NCBI RefSeq assembly: GCF_964204865.1
Contig: NC_135250.1
Span: 10,292,001 to 10,356,000 of the forward strand
From: Styela clava
Lineage: Eukaryota
Length of the DNA stretch: 64,000 nucleotides
Direction: 5' to 3'
Part shown: in pieces, positions 14,226-28,000 of the stretch
How the letters are laid out: every line of letters starts with the position of its first letter
How positions within the stretch are numbered: the first letter of the stretch is position 1
Made by a program: the position numbers and the translations under genes
Notes under the pieces: generated by a model
What the model was told of the DNA's origin: nothing
Seen by the model: the letters and a program-made list of their open reading frames with translations, nothing else
The model's database searches: none

Positions 14226-17200
14226 ATGAACGCACTATCGTTCACATACGTGCTACTGATCTCATGTTTTATCGTCGTTTGCAACGCAAGTGTGCTTTCG
14301 GTAAGTTCAAATCGAGATTTTTGAATTGTGATCAAAATAAAAAACTTTGTAAAATTGTGGCATCAACGTTTTTTTCTGATAATGTGTGAAAAAGGGTGAA
14401 AATTTGTACTAAGGCGGATCTCTGTTTATTTCAGTATGACGTCGTTGTATCCGAACTGTCTGATGATAAAGAAATTAATAAAGTTGAACAGGAAATTTAT
14501 ATTGATGAAGTTTATATGCTGACGACTACGCCTCCAGTAATCGAAATGGTGTACGAAGAAGATTTAGAAAAAGAGAATTCATTTAATGTAAGTATGCACG
14601 TGTGAGTGTAATACTCGGTCAAATCCTGTGAACAGTTTTAGCAAATTTTTTGAGTTTTCATCTTTTCCATCTATATAATTTCAAATAATTCCCAATTTCA
14701 GGAAACCGAATTCGTCGGGAGGTCAAACTATAATCTCACCGCAGAAGAATTTGAATTAGCTTTTGGAAAAGAAGGACATTTTCCAGAGGAACATATGAAT
14801 TTCGACTTAGGTTTCGGCGCTGGTCTCGTAAACTCCAAAGATTGGAGCAGTTGGACTTGTTGTCGTCCTGTCCTCAATATCCGATCACGTGAGCGAGTTC
14901 GACAAGTGCCAAGAATCGAAATGGAATACAAGAAATGTAGCGATGGTTACTGCAAACGTAAGCATAATATATCATTAATACTTATGAAAAACTGGTAATC
15001 TTTCGTGTATAATTTACGTGTCTTATTGATTAGCTCAGACGTCGGTGTGCCGGATTTAGACTAGCGTGAATATTAACTATTTTCGATACCGGTTTTGTTA
15101 ATGCACCGATTCTGATAAATTATAATTATAGTCGATCACTTTTGACACCAATTAAACAAAATTACAGCCATCGTTTCAAGTTTTCTTTTTTTAATTTTAA
15201 TACAGCGCACATGTGCAAGGATAATGTAAATGTTTGTGAAGCATTTATAAAATCTATGGGACAAGGATTGTGCGACAAAAATCATATGATGTCGACGTGA
15301 GTATTTTATTTCGCCGATTTCCAGTTTTTTAAATGTGAACCTTTGATGGTTTTTAACCCTTTTTTATTTCTAATTCTAGGTTTATGGGACATCATTGCCC
15401 TCTGACTTGTAACTTCTGCGGTGGAAGTGGTGAGAAGCCCACCGAGCCACCACGTCCAACTCTTCCACCTTGGATGCAAAATCCATGGAGACCGAGAACG
15501 ACAAAAGCAGAAAGACCAATTTTTACCACACCGAGACCGCGTATCACAACAACCAAGCGTCCATCTCGCCCGTGGTGGATGACCGAAAGACCAACTACAA
15601 CCAGACGTCCGTATTACACCACTAGACGCCCGAGAATCACACAAAAGCCATGGTGGGAAAGACAAACAACTACCACGACTCCTAAACCATTTGGTAAGTT
15701 GCATATCAATAGCTCAAATTAAGAACTGCCCTCTTTCATGTTTATAATATATTTCTGTTATTTAATTTTTCAGTTTCTGGATCTTCCGGTCTGGTAAAAG
15801 TTTCCATTTTCACCCACGACTTAAACGAGCCATATCCATCCTACATGTATTCGATTAGCTCAGGTGCTTATCCTTCAAGACCCTGGACAAATGTCATACA
15901 AGGAAATTCTGAGATATCACACTTTTACCTCTACAAAAAGTAATTATTTATTTTGATTAATTTAAAAATTTAACATGAAATTTGAAATATATATATTAAC
16001 AAGCTGATTCTGTTTTACAGACCCACTGATACATACAAGACGGCAGTCAAATTTTGCTCAAGCAAAGACTCGACTGGTAACAGAAAATGGGCTGTAACAA
16101 AAAGACGATGCTCTCGAGGTAAGGTTCAAATAATATTTTTTATCACAAAATATAAATCGTTAAAATGCTACTGTACTAAAGAATACTAAAAGTATTTAAT
16201 CAATAGTTTAATGAATTATGTAATAATTTTAGGTTGGAAGCAAGAATTTGTTTTATACGGTTCTCTTTTCCGATCATCTGAGTCTCAACTATACTACGTC
16301 GGAAACAGGGGAAGACCACATTGGACATCTCGCGTATCTAAGAAATTCCCCTCAAATGGTTATACGTCATCAGTCTTCTACTTCTATGGACCAAGTAAGA
16401 TCATAGTTTATTTACATAAAGTTTCGTAAAATAATTATAAAAAAGAATTTATTTGCTCAGTTGGTTAGCAAAAACTAAAATCAGTGTTGCTATGTTTTGC
16501 AGAAAGTACAGACAATGGACCAACTTTTCCATCAAGGCCTACACCAAGACCGTTCAGCACTCGTCGTCCTATCTATACTAGACCATATACCACTTCACGA
16601 AGACCAGTTTATACTCGTCCATATACCACTTCACGAAGACCGATTTATACTCGTCCATATACCACTACAACCAGAAGACCATACCGACCCCAACCCACTT
16701 TCCCATCTTTTACAACAACAAGACGAACCTCTCGACCAATTGGTGGTGGACCTCAGCCAACAGACGCATACAACAGAGAGTGCTTAGAAGCCCACAACTT
16801 TTTCCGAGCAGCACACAATGTACCTGCTCTTCAATGGTCCTCAGAACTTGCAAGGACTGCTCAAAGATGGGCAGATCAATTGAAGCAACGAGCACCAGAG
16901 CGACCAGACCAAGCCAGGATGGGTGATCGTACCCGCAACTGGCCCCACTCTGAGGTGAGAAAATTAGTTTTATGAGATCGTTCAATAACAACATATATAT
17001 AAATGATATAATATTGCATTGACTAGGATAATATTTTTATTTAACATTATTTTTGCATTTACAGTCCGACCAAAGGGGAACCTACAGAAAAGCAGGTGAT
17101 GGTGAAAATATCGCATGGGATCGTTCTGGAGATGGTAGCCCCGCCAAAGAATCTGTTCTTAGATGGTACAGTGAAATATTCTATTACAACCGAAACCATC

Positions 17201-17889
17201 CAACACACTCTCCAGCTCCAGACAAGCCAGTCGGTACGTCTCATTTCATTTTAACACTCAATTGTGCATACAACTGAGTAGTAAATTGTTTAATAATATA
17301 TACATGAAATAAGTAAATCAAATTAAAACTGGTCTTATTGTATTTCAGGACATTTGACACAGCTCTTGTGGAAAGACACAACGCATTTAGGATGTGCTAT
17401 GGCTACCACCAAAATTGGAAGATACAACCAACTATCAACATGGTCTGTTGCCCATTACAGAAAAGGTGGTAATATGCGATATTCAAACAGCATGTCAGCA
17501 ACATTGAGACTCTACAATGAACAAGTTCCCGATATGAGAGCAGGTTCATGCATGACGAGATCTGGAGCATGTAACAACGGAAATCAATGTATGGCTTTCG
17601 GACCGGCTCAAGGAAGCTGTGCTTGCACAAAGTAAATATCTCTTATTACTTTAACAAAAAATATAAAAACAAAGAAGACGTTTTTTTAGTATTAGAACTT
17701 TTACTAAAAAACTTAATGACGATAACTAACAATATTTTACTTCTTTACAGTCAACTAGCTTCGTGTCGCAGCAACAATGGTTGTATAGCTTGGTGCAAGA
17801 ACAGAGGTGGAAATTGGAATTGGTCTGAAGAATGCCGAGGCGCAAATAAATGCTCGTGTACGTCAGACAGAGGAGCAGTCTGTACTTGA
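14226..17889 (+). CDS. Secreted multidomain CAP/SCP (GAPR-1/PR-1/CRISP superfamily) protein, about 785 aa: signal peptide, acidic region, TSP1-like segment, ShKT domain, Thr/Pro/Arg-rich linkers, three-repeat domain, CAP domain, 12-Cys C-terminus
   Basis: 12 exons, all GT-AG and phase-compatible: 14226-14300, 14435-14587, 14702-14957, 15206-15296, 15380-15693, 15774-15939, 16021-16118, 16233-16394, 16503-16954, 17065-17233, 17349-17631, 17751-17889 (2358 nt). Signal peptide MNALSFTYVLLISCFIVVCNA. TSP1-like WSSWTCC..RSRER..EYKKC. ShKT CKDNVNVC...LC...HCPLTCNFC. CAP motifs AHNFFRAAH..LQWSSELA..AQRWA, WPHS, GENIAW, WYSE, GHLTQLLW..LGCA. AATAAA at 18142-18147. Confidence 0.92.
16562..16669 (+). 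repeat. Three 36-bp coding tandem repeats (RRP[I/V]YTRPYTT[S/T]) in exon 9 of the CAP gene
   Basis: Units at 16562-16597, 16598-16633 and 16634-16669, seen in both DNA and translation. Confidence 0.9.
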
Positions 17890-20800
17890 TTAAGAAACAA
17901 CCCACATAACGTCACTTCATAATTCTACTGTTGCCAGATTGAGTTAATTGAGCCCAGGTTCATTAGTAAAGGAATCTGTTTCGCTGTAACAAGATGTGGG
18001 CACTGTTGTGAGCGACGATAGAATTGCTGTTCTTGAAAATTTTTTTATAGTATTTATTTTTTGTAGTGCAATGTTATTTTGTGCCAGGAGCATTTCATCT
18101 TTTGATAAACATTCGAAGTAACAATATCATGTTCCCATAAAAATAAAAAGCTTCCGAGAAGCGTCATTTTGCTTGAACAGAATCATCAAAACCACACTTC
18201 ATCCAGCAGTAACTAAAATTTTAAATCGCCTATTCAACCTCTAGTATTTTCACTCGCCTCACTCTAAGTTTTTATTTGACTTCCTTTATTTATATTCTTC
18301 TATTTTATTAAATTGCATTTATTTCATAATACTTTACGTCTCATGCAAGTTCGCCCTTATTATACTTACATTATCAATTATATTCTTTTCGAAGATTTCT
18401 TAAATAATAAATTAAACAAAAACTCGTGCGATATATGTTACAAATTTTGCTATACCGTGTATAACGATGCTCAGCTCAGTTTTTTCGGCGAAGTATTATG
18501 ACGTCATACACAATTTTAAGAGAAGAAAGCGGGGTAGCATAATCATTTAATTAGAACGATAATAGCTTTAATAACAGGTTGTGAATTGGTAGCTAGAGTA
18601 ATTGGACAATCAATTTCGATTATTGACGTTCAGTACGTAGGATATGACACAAATTATTAGCAATTATTAAATATTGGGACAGATCATTAGCCTGCTTATC
18701 ACAGTTATAATTTCCCGGTTGTGTTTAAGAGGATTACGCAGTTAAAAAAAATCAGTTCTCGACTAACGTATCATCTGTTCTTTGACAATGTTAAGATATT
18801 ACATTGGTTGATAGTAAAATTCAAGTATATTTTATTGCGGTTCATTTCATATCTAGAAGATAATAATCCGGCATATACTCGGACTATATGAATATACTGA
18901 CTGGCTATAGATAAATTTGACTGTAGGGTTGACAAGTTCAATTTTATGAATGGCAATTAAGAGCAAAAAATCGGCACTTAATTAGCGGCACACGCAGACG
19001 CGGTTACGCTAGGTAAAACTTTTGAAGTCGCTATATATTAAATAAAAGACAGGACGAGACTAATTATCAGGATCACGAATATATTAACTTTTTAATAATT
19101 GGTATCAAATAACAGTAAATTATCAATTCGTTGAAATAAAGCCTGAATAGCAGGTTTTTTGAATCAAATTACAAAGCGACACAAACTCTTCATTTCACTA
19201 ACTTCATTTACGAAGAACAATAAATGATGGGCAATTAACTGACTCTTTTGATATTTTACAAAACTTTCCACCTTGAAACTGATACTGAAAACTATAACCT
19301 GGTGATGTAAACAGAATTAGTCACATTATGGCAGCACTGCCTTTCCAAGTTAGAATATCAACGTATTTATTGAATATATTGTTGAGGGTCAAAGTTTAAA
19401 TATTTATGCCGTTTTTCAACGTGAGTATACACAACACAATAAAACAAAAATTGGGAATAGATTATCAAGAACAACGATAAAACGTTATGCTTGGGCCCTT
19501 TCATCACTACAGGAGACAGTTTCAGTTTGTAGTTTGAAATTATAGAAGAGTTATTGTAAAAAATATATTGTCTCTTTAGCTGATAATGTAGCAATATTAC
19601 AAATGTTGTAGTGGCGTGAATTTGAGATTGAAAGCCTATTGTACAACTATATCTAACAGACAACTCAGAAAACAAATACGATCATCCAATTTGATATGCA
19701 ATTCAAAGCGGTTTATGAGCAATGCGGAAATCGTTTGATTAAAAATCAAAATACCTAATCCGAAATATATGGACACAAAAATCAAAGAACCAACCGCAAT
19801 ACATCAGTAACTAAGGAAGTTTCTGCAGCTTTGAAATTCACATTGATACCTGTAAGACCTCAGTTAGGAACCGTGCTGGTCGAACAGATAGCGGACTAGC
19901 CTGACGGAAGGCCACATGGTGGCGCAAAGTAGTAAGATTGGAAGGTTGGAATTGGAAATCATGAATTAGTTACGGAAAGAAGCAATTTTTCCACAACGAC
20001 AACCTCAAAAGGGATAACAGTACAGCAGAGCGTTGCATAGGCCAACTCTGCATCAGAAAATTTTCTCGCTTAGTCAGTTTTCCGGGATTGGTGGCAAACA
20101 CTAGCGCTCTTTCGTTATTTTGTCAGATATTTGTCAGTTTAAGTTGGAAAACCTTGACACAAATGAAATAACTTGGTATTAATGCTGATATTGTCTTTTA
20201 GAAAACTTTGATAATTAAAAATTGATCGACACTGATTGCGATAGACTAGGCGATAATTAAATATCAGAACTTTTATTTGTCAGTTGGTTGAATATTTCGA
20301 ATCAACATTTGAACCAGTTTGTAAGCACCAACTCGAGAAGACGTCCCCAAAATTAAGCACCATAAGTTGATGGGTTGACAAGTTGCAAAAAAAAAACCAG
20401 AAACCACAGCAATTCAGCACATCGATCCTTTTTATATGTTCCTTTATTATGAATAATAATACAAAATTTAATTGTACGTATGAGTTCATTAAACAGCTCA
20501 TCACTGTCACCTAACGGAAATCTTTATTTTCATCTGGTAACTAGTTCATTTCATTTTGCAGTATGGCTTCCGTAGTCTACATTTGACAAAAAACCGTAAA
20601 TTAGTAAATGATATTTGTCAATATTATTTTGTTTATTGCTGAACTCTCTTTCACTCAGCAAGTGACGCTCTTTAACCCCGGAAAGCTGGTTATGTTGATT
20701 CCTTGCCTTTGACCCAATACAAAATTACGCCGACAGGTTTTCGGTACTAGGTCATCAGCGGGATTTCGGCAGGGTTGAAAAAAAAACGAGTCTCGCAAAG

Positions 20801-20979
20801 GAAGTCCACTTTATGCAAGCGGAAAACGCGCCGAAAATCTTAAAAATTTCTTTCGAATCAAATTTGCCACAAAAATGTTTGCGTGATAACCCACCCTTAT
20901 AGCGTTCTATGTTCTTACCTTAAATCGTATGCTAGTTCTATTGGGCGGTGCATTTGGCGAACGCTACAGTGGTTTAAAT

Positions 20980-22720
20980 CAGGGCTCCGCAACTACGGCG
21001 AAGCCCTTCGCTCTGGGTCGCAAAACAATTTAAATTTGTCATAAATATGAGCATCGCGTCAGTGTAGCGTATTTATGTATAACAACTTTATAAATCTCTG
21101 ATTATAATTATGGATGTTTCCCCGAGTATACGCTTCCTCATTTACTGCCGTAACATTGGCCAATCAGCATAATTGCAAAATTTGACGTAACAATAAACGT
21201 TTCAGAAGCGCTCAGATACTTTTGCCATTCAGGCAGTCTTTCGTGGTTGTAAATATTACCTCGTTTTGGCGGTTTTCGCGGGCTATTTGTTAGTTTTTAG
21301 TGGTGATTTGGTAAATATAAGCCCCAATCAAATAACTCAATAATCGTTTTGCTTTGTCGGAGTTTTATTTTAAATAAAGCAATCAAAAATTAATCTAGAA
21401 ATAGCTGGGATAGACTAAGCCAAACTTCTCTACGACACATTCAAATGAAAGGTTGTTGAATGTATTGAATCAAAATGATAGTTTGAAATATATAAACCTT
21501 ATAAGACATGAACATATAAGATGATGAGATTCGTTCATTCCAAATTAATTAGTTAGGATGCTGTTACATTTGTTATTGTAAGGCATTCTTGATTAAATCC
21601 AAAAATTAAGCGGGGTTAAGAATTTTGAAGATAGTTTTAGTCACAAATAATGTTGACAAACTGATTACTGAAAATTAATTCAAAAAAGCCGCGAACGGAA
21701 GATACATAGGAGAAACAGAACATCGCATGCACTTTCAAACCATCTTTGCGTCAGTGGGGATCAACGCCCGACAAAAAACTCATCTCCTCACCCTCATCGG
21801 ATAGAAATACATCACTCAAACCATCCTTATGAGCGGAATTACACCGAAGAATTTATAAAGCTTGGTTTCACGTGTATTCTTAATATAAATGATGAGTAAC
21901 GTCCTCAATGTGTTGTTTGTTCCGATGTTTTTGCCAAAGAGAGCCTGAAAGCAGTGAAATTGAAACGCCATCTTACAGCAAAGCATCCAAAATTCATTGA
22001 CAAACCAATACATCTTTCCGCCGATTAGCAAAAGAATTATTACGCGAAAAGAATACCCTCAACACTGAACTGCCTGAGTCGAAAATAGAAGAATGGATAT
22101 GTTTTCTGAGTTGAACGATTTTCTCGAAAAAAAAACGAGTTCAAAAAAACACATTGTGAAACAGTCCATAACCAGTCATCTTCGTGATCTTTCGCAGTGG
22201 TTTAATAAATATTTTCCCGAAATCACAACACCACAGCAACACGTCTGATTATTATCACCTTTCACAGTATCAAACATACAACATCTATCATCAGACTTGA
22301 TTGAAACACTGGGTGACTTGTCAAGTGATCGACGGTTGAAGACCGCATTTGATGGCAAAAGAAGTTGGGCTGAATTTTAGTTTTAGTTGAAAAAGAATAT
22401 CCGGAGATATCAGCTGCTGCAATGAGTTTTCTGTAATCTGTTGTCATTCGGAACTACCTACTTATGTGGAAAGACCTTTTCTGCGTTTTCACACATAAAA
22501 AACAATACAGATCAAGGCTAAAAGTTGAAGAAGATCTTCGAGTTGCCGTCTCCCAAATTAACTCTCGAATTGACATGTTATGTTCAAAACACAAAACTAA
22601 TAATTCGCATTAGTTATAATAAACGCTATTATTCACGATTTTATGTGATGAGTTTCATATAATTTTGTACAAGAAAATTGCTAGTGTCAATAATAGTCTC
22701 AAAATCATTGCGGGCCCCTG
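20980..22720 (+). mobile_element. Internally deleted hAT transposon (Buster/Charlie, ZBED5/ZBED8-like transposase relic)
   Basis: TIRs CAGGGCTCCGCAA / CAGGGGCCCGCAA. Perfect 8-bp TSD GTTTAAAT (20972-20979 and 22721-22728). Broken BED-finger coding at ~21835-22010 (YTEEFIKLGFTC..*RPQCVVCSDVFAKESLKAVKLKRHL). hAT dimerisation region at ~22440-22610 (TTYLCGKTFS..RSRLKVEEDLRVAVS). Confidence 0.9.
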
Positions 22721-23789
22721 GTTTAAATAGATACCAATATCTTCAATTAATATTGTTGAATTACTAGAAATTACTGTAAACTTCTCTTCAATACCCAAAC
22801 AATGTCCACTGAAATCCTCCCTTTTTGTATTTGGCCTCGACAACTTCAAACCCATATAAAGTTCTAAATTTTTATTCAATCATCATCACTAATAATTCAC
22901 TAGCAAGAAGAGCTAGAGCATTTAATATGTTGGAAAATTACGGACAGAATTCGAATATAACTATCAGTAGAGGTGCGCGATACTAACTTCCATTCCGTTC
23001 TCAATGCCTTTGCGCTAGTGTATCCGTATGCCTGTAATGCAAGAATGCTGTAGCAAGAATAAAAATACCATAATATGCAATTCAAGAATCCATCTGCACA
23101 CTAACACAAATATATTTCTGTAACGTTTCATCTGACCAAAATCAGACTTCCTCAAACAAGCAGTTTACAACCTAAAGGTTTTACGATTGCATGATGTAAT
23201 TGTTGTTTAAAATTCCAAATTTATAAAAAAAAAATTATTCGAAGGAAAAATGTAAATGTTTATCAAATTTTAGAATATCGAAAAATACATTTTTAAAAAG
23301 AGTATTACATTTCTTCATAGTCATATAGGTATAAATATTCAATTTACAAAACATTGTGTAGCTATGTTCGCTAAACGGGCCATAGTTTGACGTTTGGCCC
23401 TTTGAAATTTTCCCACAAATTTCAAGCACTTGTTTTCTAACTGTGTTTCAAAGTACTTTGCCGTTTACACCATCAATGCATGATTATTCATTCACTGTTA
23501 CACACCAGCCAAGGATAAATACAAGATAAATCACAAAAATCGACATATAAAATGAATATTTTAAAAATAAAGAATCCAATCTCCCAATTCTCCACCATCA
23601 CTCTTTTCTTTCAATAAAATATTTATTATTTGACGTCCGCGGACTTTCTTTACTGATAAAACCGCCTATGAGTCACTCAATACCAAAACCACCCTTCAAA
23701 ACATTTACTGTTCGAAAGCTACAAAAAAATAGCTCAATCAATCACCTCGTAAACAAAGAATACCCTACTTTTCCGTTGATGTCACTTAG

Positions 23790-24025
23790 TGGTGGAGCTC
23801 TCATTTTCTTATTTTGAGCGCTTTTGTAAAATAGAATTAAAGAGAAAGGCTTCACTAAGTATCTGATTTGCATAACTACACGTTTCATACGAGCAAACGC
23901 ATTCGAAATATACGGGGGTGGATGAAAAATTTTTGTACTTTTTTGTGCCAACTGATGGTGGTGCTCTCTTTTCTTATATTGAGCGTTCTTGTAAAAGAGA
24001 ATTGCAGAGAAGCACCTCACTAATA
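23790..24025. repeat. Diverged direct repeat (two units of about 70 bp, about 170 bp apart)
   Basis: ggtgg[a/t]gctctc.ttttcttat.ttgagcg..ttgtaaaa.agaatt..agagaa..c.tcactaa occurs twice. Confidence 0.7.
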
Positions 24026-25030
24026 ATTTGCGATATATGTTGGGATTCCACACAAAAATTTTAATTCCGGTCAAACTACTTGGGGCAGACGAGAGGAGAT
24101 TCGAACATTTTACTTTACACCAACGGCATATTACAGTCTATCACAATTGAACATTTTTGTACCAACGGCATTAAAAGCGTTTTAACGAATCGAGGTCAAG
24201 ATAATACTCGATCTTTGTGCCGTTTCCTCTCCCCTGGAATAAATATGTATATCCTATCCTATATATATATTAAAACACAATAAATACATAATAATGCCTT
24301 ATGCGACGAATATGCCAAATTCTCTCAATAGCCTTATTAAAGATCAGAGGAGGGAAAGCCTCAAATATCACGTAGTATAATAACATTTGGTCATTGTAAT
24401 CATTGCTTTACAATTCCTCTCAGAAGAAGAATTTATATTATCTCGAATAAAAGATAAAGAGGCAGTGTCTACGGCTCTACGCGAACTCTTGCTTTTGACG
24501 CGGACGTCAGTCTTACTTGGAAAACCTGGATGTTCGCCAGAGAAACCCATATTCTCGACCAGCTCAGAAAAATAATTGGCTCAATTTTTCATTTTCAGCA
24601 ACCCACTTCGAAACAAAAACACAGATCTTACTAAAAAAGTCAACGATTGAACAATTCCACCATCTGTTGAAGTATTATTATTGACTCCAAATTGATGTAA
24701 AAAATTAATATTATTTACAACTATCAGTGTATTGAAAAAAGTAAGATGCAACTTCAATGAGACAAAGTAATAAATTGAGTAGAACATAATAAATCTGACT
24801 GTAACTGTCTTTTTCAAGCTGCGTGATTCCTCGTCTGCGTAGAGTTTTGTTCTGTTGTTATTTTAAAGTTGCTCTTTTCTACTAATAGACAGATATTGCT
24901 AGGTATATGAATTATTTTACAGCAATGAACTTGATAAAATCACTGTTAATATATATACAAAGTCATTGAGTATTAATTCAGAGCGGTTCGATTGCGAGCG
25001 AGCGATTAATTCAGATGTTTGTTGGCCACT

Positions 25031-28000
25031 TCAGCCGCTCAAGTCGTAAGCTCGTTCAAAGCACATATTTCTGCAAGCCCAGCAGCGTTCCTCGAATCTT
25101 TTATCTGTAGGTAGCAAAAAAGGAAGTCAGGCAAAGAGGTAAGATACAGTAAAAATAAAGAATCGAATGAGGTATTCGTGATGTTTTGTTACAATAATGA
25201 AAAAAAATATAAATCTGTATTGTCAAAAAAGTCTCTACAATAATCATGGTGTATTTCTATGCCTATTTTGTCTTTTACTATTTCGTACAATCTAACAAAT
25301 GAAATATCAGAAGAGTATAAATATTCCAATATAAATGGTAATATATCAGTAAATTTTTGCTAAGCCAAAGTCTAACTTGTTAAAGATAAAATAGCAATAG
25401 CAATAATAATGCAAAATATGAATCTCCACATTATTAAACAAATTGACTTCATGTTCTAAATTATTCTTGTTATACCCATGCTGTACGTATGAGACATTGG
25501 ACTAGATCAGTATGGAAAGCCAGATTAAAAATATATTCTTAATAATGCACAGATTTATGAATTTGCGGTTTTAATCACCCTGGTAGCAAAACCTTATGAG
25601 CAGGGATGGCCATACCCATCGACTATCTTGAAAGTCCTAGTTTGGGAATTTCAAATATATCTCTTTTTTTTAAATAAAGTACAGTATATATATGATCTAA
25701 GCGATTGTCTACAATAATGCTTATTATTTTGCGGGGAGATAATTATGCTATTCTTGGTTATCAATCTAATACTGTCTTGTTCAGGTATCCTTGCGGTCCA
25801 GTAAAAGATAAAATGAAGTAGGGGTAACGATTTGCAGGTATTAAATGGTATTTCAAAACCCCATAGATATAGTAAAAATCTTTAAACAATTATAACTGAT
25901 TCTCCTTATTGTCCCATGGTGACGACGGAAGACAATGGGTCGGTATACTTACGTTTTTGAAGTGACTTGGAACTTCTCCAACAGCTAACAACAAAGTTGT
26001 CGCCTTTTTTCTCACAAAATCGTTTGCAGATTTTGGGATATCCTGATACCATGTTTCTGCTGCCTTTAGTCTAAAAAAGGATTTTTTTTTTCAGAAGTCT
26101 TAACCGCCGGTCACGGCATTCCCGTGCATTATTTTCAATAACAACTAGTATGTCAAGTGTTATGTTGATGTTTCAGCACAAGTTCACAAATTCCAGTGCT
26201 GTAAAAAAACAATTCCTGAATATAGTTCATGGTTTGAAACGCCCCAAAACCGCAATTTCCTTTTATCTAAGCATTGTTTTGAACCAAATATTCACCGACT
26301 TTGTAGATTATAGCAAAATTACAAAATGGATAAATTTTACAGAATGCGAGGGCTTTGTGTAAAATAGTATGTAACTTTGCCAGATTTTATCAAATTTTTG
26401 TCCTCTATATGTCAAAACAAATACGATTTTACTTTGTGGTTATTTAGAAAGCCCAAATTCACGGTTGGTCGACAAATCATAACAATACAGGTCACGCAAC
26501 TTAACTTGCAAATTGTAGAATAAATATTAATTTTCATTCTTGCGTTTTAGGCACTATGCATACCCGTAATTGATCGGTCGTAAACAACATTTCAAATTAA
26601 ATTATGGTATATACATTATTTTATCGTGAAATAAAGCAACCAGAGAATGATAAATTGGTATAGGCACTGTCGAATCAGAAATATTCCAGTTTCTAGAGAT
26701 TGTGACTCGTCACATAATATCAGCGATTGCTAGTGCGAGGGCTTGTTATGACCACTCAATTTGAATTTAGTATTTCGATCGTAGAGTGAATTTGAATGGT
26801 TATCGTACAAATTTGCTATTGTTGGTATACGCCAGGGGTCGGCAAACTTTCGTCGTTCGCGGGCCAAAAAATGGTTGCAAGTCATTGGCGGGCCGCACAT
26901 ATTTTTAGAAAGTTAAAAACCGAGGAAATGGCCAATGAATCACATTTTGTCACACCGATTTTAGTTTACAAGCAGCGCGCGAAGACTGATATTTGAATAT
27001 TTTTTGCGCCATTTACTCATTTGCACTCAGCATCAACTTTTTTACGTTATGTTGCCATTTGTCTAATTATAATCAATTTATAGGCTCATTAAACGAGTGA
27101 TTGTGAATTATATACTTGGTAGGTTATAATATAATTTAGTGTCTCAAAACGAATTCTGTTACGTAAAGAGTAAAAGAATATATTCGTCAATACAGTTGTT
27201 TTGTTAATATAATCCATGCGAAGCGTCGCGTGCCGGATTATATTGTTCCGCGGCCGGATCTAGCCCACGGGCCGCAGTTTGCCGACCCCTGGTATACGCT
27301 ATCATTTTAAATTGTCATATTGTCTCCCAGTAAGAGTAAACTTACCATCGCACGGGCATGCGGGTATCGCAATCTCCCCACTCTTCTAGATCCATTTCGC
27401 GAATATCCAAGAACGTCGATAGACATGGCCCCTATAAAAAAATTATTTTTATATTTTTATTTAAATATACAATAGTTCTTATATTTGTATCGGCATTGGT
27501 ATCTTTACCAAGCGCACAAAAGAGATGAATTGTCAATCAAAATAATCCATTAATCAACGTCAGATTTCATCTCGCCAAATTCTTGAACATGAATGCATTC
27601 TATTCACAGAAATATTGCAAAATTTTCAGCTCCACTACTTCACGCATCTTAGTGTTAATTATCTATCCAAATTTTAAACCCCCAACAAAAACGCTGGAGT
27701 TTATAAGTCGAGAAATTTGTACGTCTTAGGCATTTATTACGGCATATTTATTAGGCATAAGAATACAAAAAAAGCGGCCCTTCAAAACAAATTTGTTTTA
27801 AGTTTAGTCTATTTTCTGCGATAAGTTGAAAGTTCAATAGCCAGTAAAGTTGAAGTACTGAGTGCAGAGCTTTTATCAGTCAGTAAACTTATTGCTTTTA
27901 GCCTAATACCAGCTAGAATACCTGCTAGCCATTGTCCATTGAATTCTCGGGATAATGCTTATCTTTCAAAATGGACAATTTCAAACACTTTAAGAGCACT

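Noticed and set aside
16562-16669. 36-bp periodic repeat resembling a CRISPR array
   Set aside because: No unique spacers, it is an in-frame coding repeat, and the context is eukaryotic with no cas genes.
14728-17630. Antisense and alternate-frame ORFs over the CAP gene (e.g. 15306-15704 -, 16497-16787 +)
   Set aside because: Shadows of the real exons and their low-complexity repeats.
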